DNA of 64,000 bases from an uncultured Spirochaetota bacterium. GTDB taxonomy: Bacteria; Spirochaetota; Spirochaetia; SZUA-6; Fen-1364. Of the stretch, positions 26,496 through 35,253 are shown piece by piece (the first letter of the stretch is position 1; every line of letters starts with the position of its first letter). A program made the translations under genes and the position numbers. Location: contig CAWAHW010000002.1 in assembly GCA_963781885.1 (NCBI GenBank), forward strand, positions 512,001 to 576,000. Direction: 5' to 3'. The notes under the pieces are model-generated. The model was not told the origin of the DNA and ran no database searches. It saw nothing but the letters and a program-made list of their open reading frames with translations.

Positions 26496-27281
26496 TCACT
26501 TTCCCACGACAGGGTTGCGCAGCACGCCGATGCCCTCGATCTCCACCTCGAAGACGTCCCCCGGCCGCAACCACGTGGGCGGCGTCTGGGCGAATGCGCA
26601 TCCGGCCGGGGTGCCCGTGGAAAGGACGGAGCCCGGCAGGAGCGTCATTCCCTGGGACAGGTAGCTCACCAGGAAGGCGACGTCGAAGATGAGGTCCGCG
26701 GTGGAGGCGTCCTGCATCGTCTTTCCGTTGAGTCTCCCCTGGATGTGGAGATGCGTTGGATCGAGCTCCGTCTCGATCCAGGGACCAAGGGGACAGAAGG
26801 TATCGAACGATTTTGCCCGCGACCATTGGCCGTCCTTGTTCTGCACGTCGCGGGCGCTCACGTCGTTCGCGCAGGTGTAGCCGAAGACGTACTTCAGCGC
26901 ATCCTTGCGGTCCACGTTCCGCGCCGGCTTTCCGATCACGACGGCGAGCTCGGACTCGTAGTCGATCTGGCCGGGTGCGACGTGGGGAAGGACGATGGGC
27001 GACCCGGGATCGGTGACGCAGGAGGAGGACTTCATGAAGAGCAGCGGTTCCGTCGGGGGCGCCTCTCCGCCTTCGGCCGCGTGCGCCTTGTAGTTCCTGC
27101 CGAAGCAAAGAAGATTGACGGGGATGAGGGGCGCCAGGAGCTTCACGTCCGCCATCGGCAAGGGGCGGCCGTCCTTTTTCCAGTTGCCGAAAATGTCCCC
27201 GGCGATGGGCTGGGCCTTGTCGCCCTCCAGGATCGCGTGGACTACCGCGCCCTTGGCCGTTCGAATGCGTGAGATTTTCAT
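26496..27281 (-). CDS. Fumarylacetoacetate hydrolase family protein
   Basis: GRNYKAH, DYESELAVVIG, NDVSARD, KSFDTFCPLGP, TGTPAG. Confidence 0.9.
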   Translation of the reverse strand: MKISRIRTAKGAVVHAILEGDKAQPIAGDIFGNWKKDGRPLPMADVKLLAPLIPVNLLCFGRNYKAHAAEGGEAPPTEPLLFMKSSSCVTDPGSPIVLPHVAPGQIDYESELAVVIGKPARNVDRKDALKYVFGYTCANDVSARDVQNKDGQWSRAKSFDTFCPLGPWIETELDPTHLHIQGRLNGKTMQDASTADLIFDVAFLVSYLSQGMTLLPGSVLSTGTPAGCAFAQTPPTWLRPGDVFEVEIEGIGVLRNPVVGK

Positions 27282-27323
27282 GCTGCCTCCGTCGTCATGA
27301 CACCGGCTGAGATATTCCCCGGT

Positions 27324-27351
27324 ACACTATTCCAACAGCCCCGAATGTCAA
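27324..27351 (-). promoter_or_regulatory. Predicted sigma70 promoter of the FAH-to-DHDPS operon
   Basis: TTGACA (27351-27346), 16 bp spacer, TAGTGT (27329-27324). Confidence 0.55.
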
Positions 27352-27367
27352 CGGACGGCCCGCCCGC

Positions 27368-27384
27368 ACTCTATAGAAATGTCC
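27368..27384 (-). promoter_or_regulatory. 17-bp island motif, copy D: GGACATTTCTATAGAGT
   Basis: 16 bp upstream of TTGACA; same geometry as copy B. Confidence 0.8.
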
Positions 27385-27562
27385 CTCTGGTTCAGGCAGC
27401 TCACCGCATTCCACGGTGTTGACAGCTGCTCCGCATTCGTCGACATTCGAAAGGCTCCAAACGGCCCTCGCGCGGGCCCCATGGACAAGATACGTAATCC
27501 GGTCCCGGCCGCCACGCGGCGCGGCATGCCGGGATGCGTGAGGGCAGGGAAAGGAGACCGGC

Positions 27563-28012
27563 ATGATCGCCGACACGCTTGCGAACGCGGGATTGTACAA
27601 GGGCCTCGGCGGGCGCATCGCCCGCGCCCTGGATGTCCTGGGCAGCAAAGATTTCCGTTCCATGGAGCCGGGCAGGATCGAGGTGGATGGTTCGTCACTG
27701 TTCTACATGGTCCAGATGTACACGACGAAACCGCGGGAAAAAGGGGAGTGGGAATCGCATCCGAAATATGTCGACGTGCAGTACGTGGTGGACGGCGTCG
27801 AGCGCATCGGCTGGGCTCCCCCGTCGCGGCTGTCGGTCGTCACACCCTACGACGGGGAATCGGATGCAACACTTTATGCCGGTGACGGCGATTTCGTGCT
27901 TCTGCCGCCGGGGTCATTCATGATCCTGTGGCCGGGAGACGCGCACATGCCGGGAACGTCGGTGGACCGGCCCCTGCCGGTGCGCAAAGTCGTTGTGAAA
28001 GTGCTGCTGTAG
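27563..28012 (+). CDS. YhcH/YjgK/YiaL family protein
   Basis: ESHPKYVDVQY, GVERIG, PGDAHMPG, VRKVVVKV. Confidence 0.9.
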   Translation: MIADTLANAGLYKGLGGRIARALDVLGSKDFRSMEPGRIEVDGSSLFYMVQMYTTKPREKGEWESHPKYVDVQYVVDGVERIGWAPPSRLSVVTPYDGESDATLYAGDGDFVLLPPGSFMILWPGDAHMPGTSVDRPLPVRKVVVKVLL

Positions 28013-28025
28013 CGGCGGCTCCGGT

Positions 28026-29270
28026 TCAGGTGCCGGCCAGCCAGGAATACGGCTTCTCGATGGAGTCTTTCACACTCCGCAGGAAGCGCGCCGCCGGCGC
28101 CCCGTCGACAAGGCGGTGGTCGAATGTCAGGCTCAGCACGACCATGCGTCGTATGGCGACCGTTCCCGCATCCGCATCGGTGACGACCTGCCGGGCGACG
28201 ATGCGCCCCACGCCGAGCACGGCGCATTCCGGCAGGTTGATGATCGGTGTGAATGCATCGATGTCGTAGGCGCCGAGATTCGTGATTGTGAATGTCCCGC
28301 CGCGCAGGTCCTCTGCCGCCACGCGGCCCTCTCGGGTCGCCTCCACAAGGTGCGCGGAGACTTCAGCGATCTGTCGCAGACTCTTTCCCTGCACCGACCT
28401 GATCACGGGGACCAGGAGGCCTCGCTCCGTGTCGACCGCGAGCCCCACGTTCACCTCGGGCGGCCGCACGATCTCGTTACCCTCGAGGCGCGCATTGCAC
28501 GCGGGGTGCTCCCGCAGCGCGCGGGCCGCGATGAGGATGAGCATGTCATTGTAGGTCGGCACGACGGGCGCGCCTTCCTTCTTGAACATCGCGCGCAGCC
28601 GTACCATCTCCGTGGCATCCGCCTCCGTGGTGAGCGTCACCGCCGCGGTGGTCTGCGCGCTTGCGGCCATCCTCTGCGCGATCACCCGGCGCGGGCCGCT
28701 GATCGGCGCTGCGGCTGCGGGCACGGGGCCTGCGGCAGCCCCAACGTCCGCGCCGGCCCGCGCGGCCTGCCGCACGTCGCGTTCCACGATGCGGCCCGTC
28801 CGGCCCGAACCGCCGAGTGTCTCCCAGGCCACGCCCAACTCCCCGGCGACGCGCTTTGCGCGCGGGCTGATGGCGGGACGCCCGGTCTGTGTCGGGGCGG
28901 CGCGCGGTATTGCCGCCGCGGCGGTTGGGGCGGCCGCAGGCGCGGCAGCGGCGGGCGCGGGGACAGCGATTTCCGCCGGGGCTTCGGTGGCGGCAGGCGC
29001 GCCCGCCGGCTTCGGTTTGGCTTCACCCGGCGCGAGCAGATAGGCCAGAAGCGTGCCGACCGGCACCGCCTTTCCCTTGGGAGGGCATTCCGGGGGGATA
29101 TAGAGGATGCCGCTTTCCAGAGCCTCACACTCCTGGATCGCCTTGTCGCTCTCCACCTCGAAGAGGATCTCTCCCGCCGTGACGGTGTCGCCCTCGTTTT
29201 TGCGCCAGCCGGCGAGCGCCCCCTCCTCCATGTTCCACCCCAGGCGGGGCATCACGATTTCGAATGCCAT
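28026..29270 (-). CDS. Dihydrolipoamide acyltransferase (E2)
   Basis: Lipoyl domain VESDKA, Ala/Pro linker, E3-binding ISPRAKR..GSGRTGRI, catalytic DHRLVDG. Confidence 0.9.
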   Translation of the reverse strand: MAFEIVMPRLGWNMEEGALAGWRKNEGDTVTAGEILFEVESDKAIQECEALESGILYIPPECPPKGKAVPVGTLLAYLLAPGEAKPKPAGAPAATEAPAEIAVPAPAAAAPAAAPTAAAAIPRAAPTQTGRPAISPRAKRVAGELGVAWETLGGSGRTGRIVERDVRQAARAGADVGAAAGPVPAAAAPISGPRRVIAQRMAASAQTTAAVTLTTEADATEMVRLRAMFKKEGAPVVPTYNDMLILIAARALREHPACNARLEGNEIVRPPEVNVGLAVDTERGLLVPVIRSVQGKSLRQIAEVSAHLVEATREGRVAAEDLRGGTFTITNLGAYDIDAFTPIINLPECAVLGVGRIVARQVVTDADAGTVAIRRMVVLSLTFDHRLVDGAPAARFLRSVKDSIEKPYSWLAGT

Positions 29271-29283
29271 CCCATGCCCCCGA

Positions 29284-30266
29284 TCACTCGGCCAGCAGGT
29301 CGCGCACCGCCTTCACCACGGTGCGTGTCTCCGGAACCACGTCCTGGAAAAGGGAGGGGCTGTACGGAGCGGGGCAGGAGAGCCCCGTGAGCCTCGCCAC
29401 CGGCGCGTCAAGGTCGTCGAAACCCTTCTCCATCACCTGCGTGGCGATCTCCGCCGCCGCGCCGCACGGAGCGAAGTCCTCGTCCACCACGAGCAGCCGG
29501 CCCGTCTTTTCACGGACGTGAGGACGGTGTCGATGTCAAGCGGCGCGAGGCTGCGCGGATCGATCACTTCGATGCTGATTCCTTCCTTGGAAAGCTCCTC
29601 AGCCGCCTCGAGTGCCTTCTTCACCATGAAGGCGATCCCGACCACGGTTGCATGCGTGCCTTCCCGCGCAACCGCCGCCTTTCCGAACGGCACGAGGTGC
29701 TCGCCGTCCGGCACGGGCCCCTTCAGGTTGAGCAAATTCTTGTGCTCCAGGAAGAGGACCGGGTCGTCGCATCGGATGGACGTCTTGAGGAGCCCTTTTG
29801 CGTCGGCGGGCGTGGTCGGCATGACGACGCGAAAGCCGGGCACATGCATGAAGAAGGGGTAGTAGTTGCCCGAGTGATGCGCCGCGTTGAAGGGCGCGAC
29901 GCCGACGCATCCGCGCACGACAATCGGCATCTTCAGGCGCCCGCCGCTCATCCACTGGAGCTTCGCCATCTGGTTGAACATGTCGCCGAAGGCGTCGGTG
30001 AGAAAGTCGATGAACATGAAATCCACGATCGGCCGCGCGCCGCTTGCCGCCGCGCCGGTGCACAGGGCGGTGAAGCCGCGCTCCGAGATGGGGGTATCGC
30101 GCAGGCGCTCTTCTCCATAGAGGGCGTGGAGGCCGACGGTCGTATTGAAGTTGCCGCCCCGCGCCCCGATGCCTTCGCCCACCACGAAGATCCGGGAGTC
30201 CCGGGCCATTTCCTCTGCAAGACCCTCGCGGGCCGCGTCGACAAAGCTCATTTCGCGCATCTGCAT
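29284..30266 (-). CDS. TPP-dependent 2-oxoacid/acetoin dehydrogenase E1 beta subunit (apparent frameshift near 29507)
   Basis: DTPISE, DDPVLFLEHK, EVIDPRSLAPLD. The C-terminus (DEDF..DLDAPVARL) lies in another frame; adding one base to the T4 run restores VKKTGRL. Confidence 0.82.
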
Positions 30267-30267
30267 C

Positions 30268-31255
30268 TCATCCTTCGGCGTACACGTGACTCATGACCGA
30301 TCCGGGCTCGGGCAGGGGGCTCGCCAGCGCAAAGGCAGCCGCCTCCTCCGCCATTTGCTTCACCTCGGCATCGATGGCGTCCAGCTCTTTCTTCGTGGCC
30401 ACCGCGCCGGCGACGATCTTCGCCCCCAGCAGCCCGATCGGGTCACGGCTCTTCCATTCCGCGACCTCCTCCTGCGTGCGGTAGCCGGCGTCGCGCATGC
30501 CTTCAGAGTGCGCGCGCGTGCGGTAGGTCTTGCATTCGATGAGGGTCGGACCCTCTCCGGCGCGTGCGCGCCGGACCGCCTCCCCGGCCGCCTGCCAGAC
30601 CGCGAGCACGTCGTTGCCGTCCACCTCGACGCCGGGAAGCCCATAGGCCGCGGCGCGCGACGCGACGCTGGTGTTCTTCGTCGCCTTTTTGTACGGCACC
30701 TCGGTGGCGTACATGTTGTTCTCGCAGACGAAGATCGGCGGGGATGTCCCACGCCGCGGCGAGATTGATGCCCTCGTGGAAGGAGCCATTGTTTGTCGCC
30801 CCGTCGCCAAAGAAGGCCACTCCGACGCGGTCGATTTTCAGGATCTTCGCCGCATAGCCGGTGCCCGCGGCAAGGGTGATGCTGGGTCCGACGATGCCGC
30901 TGGAGCCCATGAACCCTATTTCCGGCTTGAAGATGTGCATGCTCCCGCCGCGGCCGCCCGAGCAGCCGGTCGCCCTGCCGAGCACCTCGGCAAAAAGCTC
31001 GCGCGGCGGCACGCCCTTGGCCAGCGCGTGCCCGTGGCCCCGGTGCGTGCTGAATACGCAGTCATCGCTTCGCAGGTGCGCGCAGACCCCGGTGGCGACC
31101 GCCTCCTCGCCGATGTAGGTGTGCACGCCGCCGTACAGCTTGCCCGCCGCATACATCTTCACGAGCTGCTCTTCACAGCGACGAAGGACGAGCATCGTGC
31201 GGTACAGGGCGAGCATCTGTTCCTTGGTGAGAGCGGGTATCTTTTTCTTGGCCAT
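30268..31255 (-). CDS. TPP-dependent dehydrogenase E1 alpha subunit (apparent frameshift near 30740)
   Basis: HTYIGEEA, STHRGHGH, GRGGSMH, GDGATNNGSFHE in one frame; IFVCENN, VDGNDV, KTYR and RDPI in the next. Confidence 0.82.
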
Positions 31256-31290
31256 TCCGGCGTTCCTCCCGGGCTTCGTGCCCGCAGATT

Positions 31291-32109
31291 TCAGTTGATC
31301 TTCGTGACGCCGGCCTGGCCGCCGGCGTTCATGGCGGTGTTGCCGCCGTCGAAGGGGAAGAGGACGCCCGTGATCCAGGCGGATGCGTCCGACGCGAGCA
31401 GCAGCGCGATGCCCTTCACGTCCTCCGGCTGCCCGAATCTGCCTATGGGGATGCCCTCCTGCATACGCTTTTCGATCTCCGGATTCGCCGCCCATAAGCC
31501 CTGGAGGCCGGCGTTGGTGACCTGCGCGGGAAGGATCGCGTTCACGCGGACGCCGCGCCCGGCCCATTCGGTGCTCAGCTCCCGGGTCATCTCCGCGACG
31601 GCGCCCATGCCGACGCTGTAGGCGAAGTTGCCGCGGCCCAGCGCGGTGAGGCTCGCGATGGAGCCCATCATGATGATGCTGCCCTTGCCCTGTCTCAGCA
31701 TCCGGTGACCCGCCTCCTGCGCGCAGCAGAAGCGTGCAACGGTGAGACCCATGACGACCTGCTGGTAGTGCTCAAGGTCGATCTCCTCCGCCGAGCAGCG
31801 GTAGCCCGGGCCGACGAGCGCGGCGCAGATGTCGATGCGGCCGTATTCCTTGTCCAGTGCCGCGTAGACCGCCTTGATGTCCTCCACCTTTGTCATGTCG
31901 CCGGGCACGACGAGCACCTTGCGCCCGAGTTTTTTCGCATAGTCGGCAGTCGCCGCAATGCCCGCCACGTTGCTGTGCCGGGGAAGGAGCAGGTCCGCCC
32001 CCGCCTCTGCAAACGCCATCGCCATTGCCTGGCCCATGCCCGATGCGGCCCCGGTGACGAGGGCGACGCGGCCGTGTAAGTCAAACATGTCCAGTACCGT
32101 GCGCGCCAT
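31291..32109 (-). CDS. SDR-family oxidoreductase
   Basis: TGAASGMG, YSVGM (atypical YxxxK), VRVNAI, FDGG; ATG 32109 with GGAGG RBS. Confidence 0.82.
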   Translation of the reverse strand: MARTVLDMFDLHGRVALVTGAASGMGQAMAMAFAEAGADLLLPRHSNVAGIAATADYAKKLGRKVLVVPGDMTKVEDIKAVYAALDKEYGRIDICAALVGPGYRCSAEEIDLEHYQQVVMGLTVARFCCAQEAGHRMLRQGKGSIIMMGSIASLTALGRGNFAYSVGMGAVAEMTRELSTEWAGRGVRVNAILPAQVTNAGLQGLWAANPEIEKRMQEGIPIGRFGQPEDVKGIALLLASDASAWITGVLFPFDGGNTAMNAGGQAGVTKIN

Positions 32110-32182
32110 GGTGTACCTCCGCGTATTGTATGCTCGGTGACGGAACAATGCTAAGGTAGCCAAAGCGATTTGCCCACGCAAG

Positions 32183-32199
32183 GGACAATTCTAAAGAGT
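32183..32199 (+). promoter_or_regulatory. 17-bp island motif, copy E: GGACAATTCTAAAGAGT
   Basis: In the divergent intergenic region between the SDR/E1/E2 operon and a UroD-fold gene. Confidence 0.75.
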
Positions 32200-32227
32200 C
32201 GGCCAGGAAATCCCGGAGGAGGCCTCC

Positions 32228-33301
32228 ATGACTTCGCGCGAAAGGGTCCTTTCCGCGCTCCATCACGTCCAGCCGGACGTCACACCCTGCGACTATTTCT
32301 CCACGCCGGAGATACAGCGCGGTCTCCTGGATCGCCTGCGTGTCTCGTCGGAGGAGGCGCTGCTGGACCGGCTGGGGGTGGACATCCGCTACGTCGCGCC
32401 GCCCTACACGGGACCGCGGCTTCCCTCCTACGATGACGGCTCGGAGACGGACATATGGGGGATCCGCAAGAAGCCGATGCCGAACGACTACGGCGATTAT
32501 GCGGAGCCCGTGGGACTTCCCTATGCGGGCTGGACCACGGTGGAGGAGGCCGCGGTTTTTCCCTGGCCGAGCCCGGACTGGTACGACTATTCTGCAATGC
32601 CCGCCCTCTGCGCGCGCTATCCCCATCGTGCCGTGGCGGTCGGCGGCTTCGGGATACAGGATTTCATCAACGGCACCGCATTTGGGCGCGGCGTGGAGCA
32701 GGTGCTTCTCGATATCGCCCTCGATGACCCGGTGTACCTCTTCATCGTGGAGAAAAGGCACCGTTTCGCCCTCCAGCACATCGACAGGATACTCACGGCG
32801 GCAAAGGGAAGGATCGACCTCGTCCTCTGCGGCGATGATTTCGGCAGTCAGCGCGGCACGCTCATCTCCCCGACGTCCTTCGACACCCTGTTCGCGCCGC
32901 GCAAGAAGGAGTTCTTCGACATGGTCCATTCCCACGGCGCGAAGGTCACGCATCACTGCTGCGGATCCAGCCGCGCGTTCTTCCCCCGGTTCATTGCGCT
33001 GGGCATGGACAGCATCCAGACGATACAGCCGCGCGCCGAAGGCATGAACCCCTACACGCTCAAGGCGGAGTTCGGCGGCCGCATCTGCCTGCACGGGGCG
33101 GTGGATGTCCAGGGATGGCTGCAGCACACGAAGCCCGACATGATCCGAAGCGAGGTGCACCGGCTCATGGACGAGGTGGGCAGCGGCGGCGGGTACATCC
33201 TCGCTCCCAGCCACAACCTGCAGCCGGACACGCCCATCGAAAACGTGCTGGCCGTCTATTCCGCCGTGGCCGAGCGCCGGGGCGACCCGAAGCTCGCGTA
33301 G
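32228..33301 (+). CDS. Uroporphyrinogen decarboxylase-fold protein
   Basis: MTSRERV, DIWG, GDDFGSQ, HHCCG, GGYILAPSHNLQPDTP. Confidence 0.85.
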   Translation: MTSRERVLSALHHVQPDVTPCDYFSTPEIQRGLLDRLRVSSEEALLDRLGVDIRYVAPPYTGPRLPSYDDGSETDIWGIRKKPMPNDYGDYAEPVGLPYAGWTTVEEAAVFPWPSPDWYDYSAMPALCARYPHRAVAVGGFGIQDFINGTAFGRGVEQVLLDIALDDPVYLFIVEKRHRFALQHIDRILTAAKGRIDLVLCGDDFGSQRGTLISPTSFDTLFAPRKKEFFDMVHSHGAKVTHHCCGSSRAFFPRFIALGMDSIQTIQPRAEGMNPYTLKAEFGGRICLHGAVDVQGWLQHTKPDMIRSEVHRLMDEVGSGGGYILAPSHNLQPDTPIENVLAVYSAVAERRGDPKLA

Positions 33302-33331
33302 GAAAGCGGGCGCGCGCGAAGGTCGCCGAGA

Positions 33332-33348
33332 GGACATTTCAAAAGAGT
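33332..33348 (+). promoter_or_regulatory. 17-bp island motif, copy F: GGACATTTCAAAAGAGT
   Basis: 20 bp upstream of TTGACA (33369-33374) before the LDH2 gene. Confidence 0.8.
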
Positions 33349-33415
33349 TGCGCGGGCACCGTCAATGATTGACAACCGGCACGGGAGACTCGACAGTTGG
33401 CCCAGGAGAACCACG

Positions 33416-34495
33416 ATGAGTGCTGGCCCGCGGAGGATTCGCGTCCGGGATCTCGAAACGATCTGCCGGGACGCCATGAGGAAAGCCGGTCTGTCGGATC
33501 AGGATGCCGCGATCACGACCGATGTGCTGGTGACCACCGACACGTGGGGTGTTCACACCCACGGCACGAAACAGCTGCGGGCGCTCCTGAAGAACTTCCG
33601 CGACGGCAAGATGGACCTTGCCGCATCGGCGGAGCTGGTTGGCCAGGGCACGTCGTGGGCCCTGTATGACGGGCACCGGTCCATGCCGATGGTGACCTCG
33701 AAGCGCGCCATGGGCACGGCCATCGAGAAGGCCCGCGCCACGGGTATTGCATGGGTCGGCGTGCGCAACAGCGGGCATTTCGGCGCGGCCGGATACTATG
33801 CGAACATGGCAGCGCAGGAGGGCATGCTCGGGCTCAGCATGTGCAATGTCGACCCGGGTGTTGCCGTGCCGGGTTCCCGCGGACCCGTCCTGGGGACGAA
33901 CCCGCTGGCGTATGCGGTTCCGGCAGGAAAAGAGAAGCCGGTCTTTCTCGACATTGCCACCAGCGTCGTTGCGGCAGGGAAGGTGTATGCCGCGCAGGCT
34001 GCCGGGAAACCCATCCCCGAGGGCTGGCTCATCGACAAGGACGGGCTTCCGACCACCGACCCGGCGGGCTACCCCCTCGTCGGCGCGCTCATGCCCATGG
34101 CAGGCCACAAGGGATACGGCATCGCGCTCATGATCGAGGTCCTGACGGGAGTGCTGTGCGGGGGGGCTGTCCGGGACAACATCGTGAGCTGGGTGAATGG
34201 CCCCGCGCCGGTGAACCAGTCCCTCGCGTTCCTTGCCATCGACGTTTCGATGGGCATGCCGCGGGAGGATTTCGGCGGCCGCATGGATGCGTTGATTCGC
34301 GGCATCCGCGGCGCGCCGCGGGCGGTCAACGCGGACCGCATCTACCTGCCCGGTGAAAAGGAATGGGACAACCGGGAGAGGGCGCTCCGTGACGGCATCC
34401 TCCTGCCGGCCGATGTCGTGGCAAGCCTCGACGGCCTGGCGCAGGATTTTTCCCTCTCCACCAGCCGTTTTTTCAGCGTCGTTGACACCGCGTGA
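33416..34495 (+). CDS. LDH2-family (malate/L-lactate/ureidoglycolate/diketogulonate) oxidoreductase
   Basis: GVHTHG, RNSGHFG, GTNPLA, LDIATS, GHKGYG, YLPGE; ATG 33416 after AGGAGA. Confidence 0.88.
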   Translation: MSAGPRRIRVRDLETICRDAMRKAGLSDQDAAITTDVLVTTDTWGVHTHGTKQLRALLKNFRDGKMDLAASAELVGQGTSWALYDGHRSMPMVTSKRAMGTAIEKARATGIAWVGVRNSGHFGAAGYYANMAAQEGMLGLSMCNVDPGVAVPGSRGPVLGTNPLAYAVPAGKEKPVFLDIATSVVAAGKVYAAQAAGKPIPEGWLIDKDGLPTTDPAGYPLVGALMPMAGHKGYGIALMIEVLTGVLCGGAVRDNIVSWVNGPAPVNQSLAFLAIDVSMGMPREDFGGRMDALIRGIRGAPRAVNADRIYLPGEKEWDNRERALRDGILLPADVVASLDGLAQDFSLSTSRFFSVVDTA

Positions 34496-34541
34496 GCCGG
34501 GGGATAGATTGAATGGCGGGAGGGCGGCCATCAGTACGTCC

Positions 34542-35253
34542 GTGAAACCTCATTACCGCACCGCGACACTCACGCCTGTCCCTCGCAGCTCCCTCGCGCT
34601 GGAAGTGGCAAAGAAATTGCGGCGCGAGATCCTCACCGGTCACATCAAGCCCGGCGAGCGCATCCTCGAGCAGGAAATATCCGAGGTGATGCAGACCAGC
34701 CGCGGCCCGGTGCGCGATGCGCTGATACGGCTGGAGCACGAGGGGCTGGTGGTGCGGGAGCCGAATCGGAGCGCCGTCGTCGCGAGCATGACCGTGGACG
34801 ACGTGGAGGAGGTCTGCAGCCTGCGTCAGTCCCTGGAGGTGCTCGCGCTGCGCTACTCCATCGACCGTGCCCAGGAGGACGATCTCCAGCGGCTCCACGC
34901 GGTCATCGGCCTTTTTGATGAGTGCCTCAAGGACAGCTTCACCCTTGAGCGCGCGGTGGACTCTGGACCTGCGCTTCCACGAGGAGTTCGTGCGCTCCGC
35001 GCGGCATGACCGCGTCCTTTCCATGTGGCAGAGCATCAAGCCCCAGATCTGGTTCCTGATCTTTTCGCGCAACGCATTCGCCCTGGAAAACTTCCGCGAA
35101 GCATCGCCTTCCCATGCGGAGCTCGTGGATTCGATCGAGCGCCAGGACTACGAGACGGCGAAGAACAATCTCTCCCGGCACCTGCAGATCGACTACGCGG
35201 CTCTCATCAACATCTACCAGAAGATACACGAGCCCGACGGGACGCCGCGGTGA
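34542..35253 (+). CDS. GntR-family (FCD-type) transcriptional regulator (apparent frameshift near 34962)
   Basis: wHTH KPGERILE..TSRGPVRDALIRLEHEGLV; the C-terminal DLRFHEEF..HAEL..HL is in the next frame; own TTGACA..TAGATT promoter at about 34482-34510. Confidence 0.82.

Noticed and set aside
27441-27456. Weak motif-like sequence CGACATTCGAAAGGCT (also GGATATTTATACATGAG near 7326 and GGTATTTCTACA on the minus strand near 18540)
   Set aside because: Too many mismatches or gaps relative to the six strong copies.
29500-30750. Programmed frameshifting in the E1 subunits or other split genes
   Set aside because: No consistent slippery sequences or stimulatory structures; the scattered indels fit sequencing error.
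34542-35253. GntR as the obvious binder of the 17-bp motif
   Set aside because: Not excluded but disfavoured: GntR-family operators are usually palindromic or repeated and overlap promoters, while this motif is asymmetric, oriented and upstream of the -35.
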